Shown in pieces: positions 16,878 through 23,779 of a stretch of DNA of 64,000 nucleotides. The stretch lies in IMG/VR virus record IMGVR_UViG_3300048597_000457, positions 1-64,000 of that record; one strand, given 5' to 3'. The first letter of the stretch is position 1, and each line of letters opens with the position of its first letter. The translations under genes were made by a program, and so were the position numbers. Origin of the DNA: a virus. The notes under the pieces are model-generated. The model did not search any database. It saw only the letters and a list, made by a program, of their open reading frames with translations, and was not told where the DNA came from.

Positions 16878-18608
16878 TCACACCCCAGTGGGAAAGAGCA
16901 GCGCTCCGGCGCGCAGCAGCTTGCCGGGCTGTCGTTCAAGCAGTCCGAGACTGCTCAGCGTGGAGACGTTCTTTTCGTAGCCCGACGACGTCGGTGACTG
17001 GTCGGTGCGGTGCGCCAGCTCCACGAACGGGATCGCGGCGGGATATTCGGCGATCAACCGCGTCAGCATGCGTTGCTGGGGCGTCGACACGAACGGCATC
17101 CATGCCGCGTGGAGATCCTTGAGCGTCGGCACCTCGGTCACGACGGCCGCCTGGGCGTGGCCCGCGTTCGTCAGCGCGACCGTGCGATTGCCCTTCCGTT
17201 CGAGATAGCCCGCCGCACACAGCGTCGAGAGGTTCTTCTCAAAGCCGCTCGACTTGGGCGACTGGTTCGACCACACCGCCACATGTCCGTACGATGGCGT
17301 GTCCAGGCCGAGCGCCTCGCACTGCGCCATCACATCGAGCATGCGTTGCTGTGGACGGGACACCGACGCATCGCGGACAGCCGGCTGGGTGGTCGGCGGT
17401 GCCGTACGAGTGACGTTCGGCTCCGTTGCCTTCGCTCGCTCACGAGGCGTCGACGGTTCAGACGGCTTTGCGGATGCCGGCAACTTGACCGGCTCACGCT
17501 CGATCTCATCAAGGACCTTCCGCAGACGCGTGATGACAGAGGTGCGACCCCACCACTGCGCGGCCTCACGTTGCGCATCGTCCATCTGGTTGCCCACGGC
17601 AATGCCGCGGCTGTATTCGTCGCGCAGCATCGCCTGCACCTGCGCGTCGCTGATCCCCTGCACACCACGCGTCGCCTTAGCCCGGAGTTGCGCCTGCAGC
17701 TCGCGCACCCGCTGTTCCAGCGCCACGCGTTCGTCCAACTCCTTCGTCGCGAGGGCCGGCAGATCGCCGATCTGCGCCACCAGTGCTTGCACACTGGCGC
17801 TGGCGGGTGGGATCGACGCGCCCAGACTGTTGCTGTCCGGATGCCGCGTACGCACGGGGGCGGAGCGCACGGCCTGCACGCGTCCACCCATCGCGGGCCC
17901 GTAGGCGAAGAAGTCACCGGGTGCCAAGTCGCGGAGCTGCAGCCGGTGTTCCTTGTCCATCCCGAGTTCGTCACCGGCCCGCTTCATATCGACGTCGAGC
18001 CCCGTACGCCCGATCATCTTGTTCAGCAACTCGGCCGCAGCGTCCTTGTGCAGCTTCGAGATGCGCTGGGTGGCCAGCACGGCCGCAAACCCGCGCTTCC
18101 TCCCCTGCGTGCACAGCGCGATCACGGCGTCGGTACTCTGCGATTCGCCACTGCCACGTTCCGGGGCGAAGAGATGCGCCTCGTCCAACACGATCAACGC
18201 CGGCTTCCAGAGTGCGCGCGGCAGGGCCATCAGTTCCGTCAGGAACAGTTTCACGAACTCGCGCCGATCGGACAGCGAGAGATCGTAGAGATCGATGATG
18301 GCGGACGCGTTGGTCTCGACCAGGCGCCGACACAACACGCGCGCGACCTTGGGATGCGCGGGCACATCGCCATCCTTCCCCGCGAGCACGAAGCCGAACT
18401 CCTCCCGCAGCGTGCTGAATTCGCCTTCGGGGTCCAACACGAGCTGCAGGACCTTGCCGTGCGTCTGCTCCAGCAGCGCCCGCAGTGCATGCGACTTGCC
18501 GCCGCCAGAATTCGCCTGCACCAACAGACGGGTGCGGAGCAACGTCTCGAGCGAGACGGCGAGTCCAGCGGGCCGGTGGTCGAATCGGAGAACGGGCACA
18601 CTATCCAT
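16878..18608 (-). CDS. HerA/FtsK-superfamily P-loop ATPase (DUF87-like) with two C-terminal winged-helix repeats
   Basis: Walker A is QANSGGGKSH and Walker B is ALIVLDEAHLF, with ...ATQRISKL... The C-terminus carries two about 70-aa repeats (..PQQRMLDVMAQ...SPKSSGFEKNLSTLCAAGYLER.. and ..PQQRMLTRLIA...SPTSSGYEKNVSTLSSLGLLER..). Confidence 0.7.
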   Translation of the reverse strand: MDSVPVLRFDHRPAGLAVSLETLLRTRLLVQANSGGGKSHALRALLEQTHGKVLQLVLDPEGEFSTLREEFGFVLAGKDGDVPAHPKVARVLCRRLVETNASAIIDLYDLSLSDRREFVKLFLTELMALPRALWKPALIVLDEAHLFAPERGSGESQSTDAVIALCTQGRKRGFAAVLATQRISKLHKDAAAELLNKMIGRTGLDVDMKRAGDELGMDKEHRLQLRDLAPGDFFAYGPAMGGRVQAVRSAPVRTRHPDSNSLGASIPPASASVQALVAQIGDLPALATKELDERVALEQRVRELQAQLRAKATRGVQGISDAQVQAMLRDEYSRGIAVGNQMDDAQREAAQWWGRTSVITRLRKVLDEIEREPVKLPASAKPSEPSTPRERAKATEPNVTRTAPPTTQPAVRDASVSRPQQRMLDVMAQCEALGLDTPSYGHVAVWSNQSPKSSGFEKNLSTLCAAGYLERKGNRTVALTNAGHAQAAVVTEVPTLKDLHAAWMPFVSTPQQRMLTRLIAEYPAAIPFVELAHRTDQSPTSSGYEKNVSTLSSLGLLERQPGKLLRAGALLFPTGV

Positions 18609-18783
18609 TCGCCGTCCCCTCCAGATGCAGGACCACGACCTGGCGACGCTCTTCGACCGTGACGTGCTGGAGGACGCGGGTCACCGCGTCGGTGCGATGA
18701 TCAAACAGCACCACCGCGGCATCATCGGGCAACGTCGCGAGCCGCTCACGCAGCGTCGCGACCGTGGCATGGGGAAGGGTCAT
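18601..18783 (-). CDS. hypothetical small protein
   Basis: 60 aa (MTLPHATVATLRERLATLPDDAAVVLFDH...). ATGA overlap with the ASCH stop and an 8-nt overlap with the ATPase start. Confidence 0.45.
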   Translation of the reverse strand: MTLPHATVATLRERLATLPDDAAVVLFDHRTDAVTRVLQHVTVEERRQVVVLHLEGTANG

Positions 18784-19310
18784 CGGGCCGCCAGATCGCG
18801 GAGATAGCGAGGTTCGCGCTCCGGATAGTGCTGGTACCACAGCGCGCGCAGCGTGTCGGTGAGTGCAGCGTCGCTGATCTCCCGCAATCCCTGATGCCCA
18901 CGCGCCGGCATCGGCGTCGGAACCGGTACCACCGCCTCGAACACCAATCCGAAGCGGCCCGGCCCGTAGTTGCCGAACGGGCGCTCCTCCTCGAACGCGC
19001 CCTGCGACACGAGGGTCTCGGTGCGCTCGCAGTGCTGCAGCATGCCGACGCCCACGATCGCGCCCAACGGGGCGCATTCCCGGAGCAGACGATCGGCGGG
19101 GTTCGCAAACCAGCCATCCGGCAACTGTGCACCGGCGATGTGGAGCCCGCTCCTGAGCGGGACGCTGTGCGAGAGCACCTCCAAGGCCTCGACGTTTCGC
19201 CCGGCGTGGATCGCCACCAATCCGGCCCACGAGGTGCGCCAGCTCCGCGTCTCCACGCGCTTGAGACCCGCGGCCATCAGCGTGGCCCACGGCTGATGCA
19301 GTGTCAGCAT
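18780..19310 (-). CDS. ASCH-domain protein
   Basis: MLTLHQPWATLMAAGLKRVETRSWRTSWAGLVAIHAG is the typical ASCH/PUA-like opening. Start at ATG 19310. Confidence 0.65.
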   Translation of the reverse strand: MLTLHQPWATLMAAGLKRVETRSWRTSWAGLVAIHAGRNVEALEVLSHSVPLRSGLHIAGAQLPDGWFANPADRLLRECAPLGAIVGVGMLQHCERTETLVSQGAFEEERPFGNYGPGRFGLVFEAVVPVPTPMPARGHQGLREISDAALTDTLRALWYQHYPEREPRYLRDLAAR

Positions 19311-19323
19311 GAAGACGGGGCGA

Positions 19324-19983
19324 TTAGGCACGGGACGCTCCCGCCGTCGGGGCAGGTGTCGAGGCCGGCGCCGCGGGGCGTGTGTCGACCCACGTGAGCA
19401 CCGCCTCATCGGCGATGTCGTGCACCAGGCGCCGGCCCCGATGGACCGGGTCCCGGCCGACCGCGACCGCACACGCCTGCCACTGCATCTCCACCAGTGC
19501 ACTGGTGAGGTCTCGCACCGCGGACATCCATCGCTCCACGAACGGTCGGGCGCCGCGCGGCATCGACATCTCTTGCGAGACCCGGCGCCCCACGATCCAC
19601 GCGACGCCATCGAGAACGTCGCAAGGGATGCCCACCGTCAGGCAGGCGCTGATCGTCGACTGCAGGGCCGTGGCCGCGATGGCGATCTCGCACGTCGGCA
19701 CACCCGGCGGGACCCGGAAGCGCGATTGCTCCTCCGGGGTGGGCGGCACCATCGGCATCGTGCAGGTGATCACGATCTGGTTCGCCGCAATCGTCGCGCC
19801 GAATCGCAGATGCGGCAGCCGATTGCCCAAATGCAGGGGCACCTTCCACGCCACCGGCGAATCCTTCTCGAACAGGGCGGCGACCAAACGCTCTGGATGG
19901 TCGAACGGGAGTTCCGGCTCCGGTGCTGGATCCGGCTTCTTCGGCGCCGTGGCATTGCGGCTGGCCGCGCTGGCATTGCTCAT
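19324..19983 (-). CDS. hypothetical protein
   Basis: 219 aa from ATG 19983 (ATGA overlap with the upstream stop). Confidence 0.5.
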   Translation of the reverse strand: MSNASAASRNATAPKKPDPAPEPELPFDHPERLVAALFEKDSPVAWKVPLHLGNRLPHLRFGATIAANQIVITCTMPMVPPTPEEQSRFRVPPGVPTCEIAIAATALQSTISACLTVGIPCDVLDGVAWIVGRRVSQEMSMPRGARPFVERWMSAVRDLTSALVEMQWQACAVAVGRDPVHRGRRLVHDIADEAVLTWVDTRPAAPASTPAPTAGASRA

Positions 19984-20333
19984 ACAGTCCTCGGGGGAAT
20001 GACCGTGGTGGAGGTCGGGGTGGAACGGGATGAAGTGCGGGCGGTGGAGCGTGCGGTGGTGCGTGGCGCGGACCGTTCGCGCGGTGTCAGTTCTCGCGTA
20101 CAGGTCCACCCACGCCGAAACAGATACAGCCACAGCGTGTGCTTCTTGAGCGTCATCGGCTTGCCATCCCGCCGTGGGCGTTGCGCGCGAGCGACGACCC
20201 CCTTGAACGGCGCGAGCGCGTCCCGCTTGGTGAAGCCGGTGTGTCGCACCTTCCCCGCGGCATCGCGCACGACATAGACGGCCCGCAAGCGACTCGGGTG
20301 CGCGACGGCATCCCTCACGACCGGAGTTACCAC
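19980..20333 (-). CDS. hypothetical basic protein
   Basis: 117-aa ORF with a 7-nt overlap with the upstream gene. Confidence 0.4.
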   Translation of the reverse strand: MVTPVVRDAVAHPSRLRAVYVVRDAAGKVRHTGFTKRDALAPFKGVVARAQRPRRDGKPMTLKKHTLWLYLFRRGWTCTRELTPRERSAPRTTARSTARTSSRSTPTSTTVIPPRTV

Positions 20334-20929
20334 GTGGGCCAGATGCTGAGGTAGTCGACCGTGGGTTCGCCGTGCGCGATCGCTTCGAGTGACGAAAACG
20401 CCACACTCGGCACGAGGTCGCGATCACGTTCCCGAAACGACACGGGCTCCAGCCGCGCGACGCGCGCGACGTCCTCGATGATCCACACCCGCTCGCGTCG
20501 GAGATCGACGCAGAAGAACGCGACCATGGCGCCCATGCGGCGGAGGTCCACGAGCAGCTGCGCCTGGCGCTTCAAGCGCTCACGATCCTTGAGAGCCCGC
20601 TGGGCCACCTTCACCGGGGTGTCCGGCTTGGGAAGCGCCGCCGGCTCGAGCTTCGTCGCGCCCGTGCAGCCTTTGAGATCGAACGCGAGCATCAGCCCGC
20701 GCGGCGACAGCGCCCCGACATAGTCGACAAACGCGCCGCCGCTGTAGCGTAGCGCCGTCGGCGGGCCGACCGTCGGCGCGTGCTGCTTGACCACGGTCGC
20801 GCGTCCGAGTTCGGCGTAGCGCTGGTGCGTGCGTTCGAACAGCGCTTCCGACGTTTGGCCGCCTTGCTGCTGCGCCAACGCTTTCACGTCGCGCGACAGG
20901 GGCACCGAACGCGCCAGGCGTGGGCTCAT
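20327..20929 (-). CDS. RecU-like Holliday-junction resolvase (PD-(D/E)xK)
   Basis: Order of elements matches RecU: ...SEALFERTHQRYAELGRATVVKQHAPTV..., ...FVDYVGALSPRGLMLAFDLKGC... (compare DYxG...FEAK), ...GAMVAFFCV..., ...TVDYLSIW. Confidence 0.55.
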   Translation of the reverse strand: MSPRLARSVPLSRDVKALAQQQGGQTSEALFERTHQRYAELGRATVVKQHAPTVGPPTALRYSGGAFVDYVGALSPRGLMLAFDLKGCTGATKLEPAALPKPDTPVKVAQRALKDRERLKRQAQLLVDLRRMGAMVAFFCVDLRRERVWIIEDVARVARLEPVSFRERDRDLVPSVAFSSLEAIAHGEPTVDYLSIWPTW

Positions 20930-21195
20930 CGCGCACCCGGTGGCGCCGACTCCATCAGCGCCGCGAGCGCACTGATTGGCGGACGCTGCGTGAATTCGCC
21001 GATGAAGATGGTGCGCTTCTCTTCCTTCCGTACACAGGTGGTCACGTAGCCCATCTTCGCCGTGCCGTCTTCCTTCGTGCCGATCTGCCGATACTCCTGC
21101 GCATGCCGTTCGAGCGTGACCTCTTCCACGATGGTCACGATGAATCGCCGGCCGGCCTCAGACTCCGGGCGCAGTGTTTCGCCGGTCGCGCTCAT
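20926..21195 (-). CDS. hypothetical protein
   Basis: 89-aa ORF with ATGA overlaps at both ends. Confidence 0.45.
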   Translation of the reverse strand: MSATGETLRPESEAGRRFIVTIVEEVTLERHAQEYRQIGTKEDGTAKMGYVTTCVRKEEKRTIFIGEFTQRPPISALAALMESAPPGAR

Positions 21196-21374
21196 GCTCG
21201 CTCTCCGGTGTGGCGGTGTTTGGCCGCACGACGCACCCGCTTCGCTTCCGCGGCCGCGACCCGTGCGTGGTCAGCGTCGGTCGTCGGCACCCGCGTCGCG
21301 CGCAGGTGCTTCGGCCGGCCGTGATTCCGGGGGCGCGGATCGCTCCCCGGATCGTAGTAACGACGGCGTCTCAC
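21192..21374 (-). CDS. hypothetical small basic protein
   Basis: 60-aa ORF in the coupled chain. Confidence 0.35.
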   Translation of the reverse strand: MRRRRYYDPGSDPRPRNHGRPKHLRATRVPTTDADHARVAAAEAKRVRRAAKHRHTGERA

Positions 21375-21607
21375 GCGCGGACGCCGGTGACGCGCACGTC
21401 GACCTGGCGGATCACCGCCGCCGCCACCCCACTCGCGAGCTGTCGGTCGCGGGCGCGACGACGACTGATGGCGCTGTCGAGGATGACGCCATGCTCGCGG
21501 TCTACCACCACCCAGATCCGCTGTCTCGCCACGAGGCGATTGAGCGCGGTGGCCGACAACGGACGCACGGTGGGCAACGTTTTCGATCGCGCGGTTTTGG
21601 CAGGCAT
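21371..21607 (-). CDS. hypothetical protein
   Basis: 78-aa ORF in the coupled chain. Confidence 0.4.
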   Translation of the reverse strand: MPAKTARSKTLPTVRPLSATALNRLVARQRIWVVVDREHGVILDSAISRRRARDRQLASGVAAAVIRQVDVRVTGVRA

Positions 21608-21616
21608 GATCAGTCC

Positions 21617-22483
21617 TCAGGTGGATGCGGCAGTCGGTTCGTCGTCGTCGATGGCCGCATCATCGGCGTACGGGGTGGCGTCACGCGCCACGTCAGCGTG
21701 GACATCAGCGGCGGCGTCAGCGGCGGCGTCCGCGAGCACGTCACCGAGGGACTGCGCCGGGGGATCGTCGTCGTCATCAAGGAGCTCCGCATCGTCCGTC
21801 GTGCCGTGCTCCGTGGGCGCCGGCGCGGTCCCTTCGCGCAACGGGAGATCCAGCCACGCGTCGGAGGTCGGATCGTTCGGATCACCGAGCGGCAGCTCTT
21901 CGATCTCCGCTTCGGGGATGTCGGCGTTCAGATCCACGGCGGGCGCTGACAACGCCAGGCGCTCACGGACCGCATCCGCATCGAATGGGCCTTCCCCGAT
22001 GATCGGCCCGTCGTCGACATCCGTGGCCACTCGCGCTGCGTCATCCGTCGGGGCCGGCGGCGTGCTCGGCGTGTCCAACGGGATCTCCGTCTGCGGATTG
22101 TCCATGGTGCGAAGCCGCGCCTCGAGGCGCCGATAGTCTTCGGCGCGCTTCCGCGTCGCCGAGATGCCGTCGGCATCCACGAGACAGTCGGTCTGTTCGT
22201 CGGCAATACTTTCGATGTCGCCGATCATGATCAGGCAGCCAGTGCGCAGCGCGGTACGATGGCCAAAGGACAGTTGGACCTCGTCGCTGTTCGGGCCCTC
22301 GGGCGCATCCAGGAAGCGCACCGCCTCTTCGGCGTATCCGATCAACTCGTGGGCCTCACTCTCCCCTTCGGTGAGATAGGCCTTCTTTGCCGCGGCCTTC
22401 GCGGACTTCGCGACGCTCTGCGTTTCTTTGCTCGCCAATTTGAGCAACTGCCGCTCAAACGGCGTGAACACCAGGATGGACAT
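21617..22483 (-). CDS. highly acidic hypothetical protein
   Basis: 288 aa. The C-terminal about 160 residues are dominated by D/E/A/P (..DDAELLDDDDDPPAQSLGDVLADAAADAAADVHADVARDATPYADDAAIDDDEP..). Confidence 0.55.
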   Translation of the reverse strand: MSILVFTPFERQLLKLASKETQSVAKSAKAAAKKAYLTEGESEAHELIGYAEEAVRFLDAPEGPNSDEVQLSFGHRTALRTGCLIMIGDIESIADEQTDCLVDADGISATRKRAEDYRRLEARLRTMDNPQTEIPLDTPSTPPAPTDDAARVATDVDDGPIIGEGPFDADAVRERLALSAPAVDLNADIPEAEIEELPLGDPNDPTSDAWLDLPLREGTAPAPTEHGTTDDAELLDDDDDPPAQSLGDVLADAAADAAADVHADVARDATPYADDAAIDDDEPTAAST

Positions 22484-22857
22484 CAGGACGCCTCAGACAG
22501 GGGGAAGGGGATCAGGGACGAGGACAGCACCAGCGCATGCAGCGCGCGGGTCGGGGTGAAGAGCTGATGCGAGCGACCGCGCAGGCCACCGCGCCGCGCG
22601 GGGCGCTGGCGCACCGATCGGTCGGCGATCGAGGCCCGCACGCGGCGACGCCACGCGGGCTCGTGCGCGACGTGCAGCAAGCCCTCGCCCACCAGTTCGG
22701 CCAACACCCGGGCGACCGTATCGCGAGACGCCGGACGCTGGGTCACGAGGAAGGCCCGCAGCTCCGCCATGGTGCGCCCCTCCGGGCTGATGGCCATCAG
22801 CGCGATCACCTGTTTGCGCACGAGGGGACGCAGGGGCCGCGTATCGCGTCGGGGCAT
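22483..22857 (-). CDS. winged-helix (MarR-like) DNA-binding protein
   Basis: VIALMAISPEGRTMAELRAFLVTQRPASRDTVARVLAELVGEGLLHV. Confidence 0.5.
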   Translation of the reverse strand: MPRRDTRPLRPLVRKQVIALMAISPEGRTMAELRAFLVTQRPASRDTVARVLAELVGEGLLHVAHEPAWRRRVRASIADRSVRQRPARRGGLRGRSHQLFTPTRALHALVLSSSLIPFPLSEAS

Positions 22858-23424
22858 TCATACCCATCCGGTGCGAACGCGAAACCGTTCGATGAAGCGC
22901 TGCACCGCGGCGCGCAGGCGATCGCGTGCCAGCAACCACGCCAGTGTCATCCGCGGGAACGCGGACCGCTTCGCCGCGGCCACATGCAGTGCGAGGCGAT
23001 CTGCACCGGTGACGAGTTGGTCGGCATACGCCTGCAGCAACGGGCTCGCATGGGTGAGCATCGCCTGGCAATCACGCGCCGACCACTGCGTCCACGGGCC
23101 GATCTCCTCGCGGCCGAACCATGTGGCGACCAGCGCATTCGTGCTCTGGCGCGCCATCTCACGCGTGGCGCCCGTCTCCTGCCGCGCTCTCCACAACGCG
23201 TGAAACACCCGGTTGGCTTGATCCCGGAAGGCCCAGAGCGACGCGAGCTCCCACTGCCAGGCGCGCCCCTGCGCATCGAGCACCGCGCCGCGACGGGCGG
23301 CGAGCCCGCAGGGATCGCACCGCACGAACGCGACGGCGCGCTCGGCGTCGTTCACCACCACATGAGTGGCGTGCCGACGGCACTGCGGGCACCGGGGGAC
23401 CTCCAGCTTCTGGCTCATCGCCAC
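22858..23424 (-). CDS. Zn-ribbon protein
   Basis: N-terminal CPQC...x17...CDPC pair; 188 aa. Confidence 0.5.
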   Translation of the reverse strand: MAMSQKLEVPRCPQCRRHATHVVVNDAERAVAFVRCDPCGLAARRGAVLDAQGRAWQWELASLWAFRDQANRVFHALWRARQETGATREMARQSTNALVATWFGREEIGPWTQWSARDCQAMLTHASPLLQAYADQLVTGADRLALHVAAAKRSAFPRMTLAWLLARDRLRAAVQRFIERFRVRTGWV

Positions 23425-23630
23425 CGCCGCGCGGTCGCCCGCGCTACAGCCGCCAGCCGCTCGCGAAGGTGCGAGGGGAGGGGATAGGACCGAGCCGTTC
23501 GGGCATGGATCCGACGTTCCACGTCACGGAGCCACGTCGCCGCCGCGTGCCCGAGGATCACGACCATGGCCATCGCCACGGCCTCGCCAAACCACGGCGC
23601 CATGGTGAGTCCCAGAGACTCAGGCATCAT
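23415..23630 (-). CDS. small membrane protein
   Basis: MMPESLGLTMAPWFGEAVAMAMVVILGHAAATWL..., one TM helix. ATG 23630 lies 17 nt downstream of inverted motif copy 8. An in-frame ATG further upstream (MFGAS...) is also possible. Confidence 0.45.
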   Translation of the reverse strand: MMPESLGLTMAPWFGEAVAMAMVVILGHAAATWLRDVERRIHARTARSYPLPSHLRERLAAVARATARRWR

Positions 23631-23647
23631 GGCGTCCAACGAAGGGA

Positions 23648-23663
23648 GTGCGCTTCTGGCACG
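23648..23663 (+). promoter_or_regulatory. conserved motif copy 8 (inverted): GTGCGCTTCTGGCACG on the plus strand
   Basis: In the 23631-23779 intergenic region, 92 nt from gene-sense copy 3. Confidence 0.4.
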
Positions 23664-23755
23664 GGGCAACGGAGCATTGCGGCGAGCGGGTCGGGGGATG
23701 GGGCGTCGCGGTGGTGGCACGACACGGACTCGGGACGCCCCGAACATGTGCGCGG

Positions 23756-23772
23756 CGTGCCAAAAGCGCAAG
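23756..23772 (-). promoter_or_regulatory. conserved motif copy 3 (gene-sense): CTTGCGCTTTTGGCACG
   Basis: 7 nt after the TAA of the helicase-MTase gene. Followed by CCGCGCACATGTTCGGGGC, almost identical to the sequence after copy 5. Confidence 0.5.
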
Positions 23773-23779
23773 CCTCGTG

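Noticed and set aside
23756-23772. Reading the recurrent motif as a sigma54 promoter, because it contains TTGGCACG, a near-perfect -24 element.
   Set aside because: None of the nine copies has a GC (TTGC) -12 element at the required GG-N10-GC spacing. The sequences downstream of GGCACG differ (GTCACTTATA, CCGCGCACAT, ATCATCATAC ...). The conserved part instead extends upstream (TGCGCTT), which sigma54 promoters do not require.
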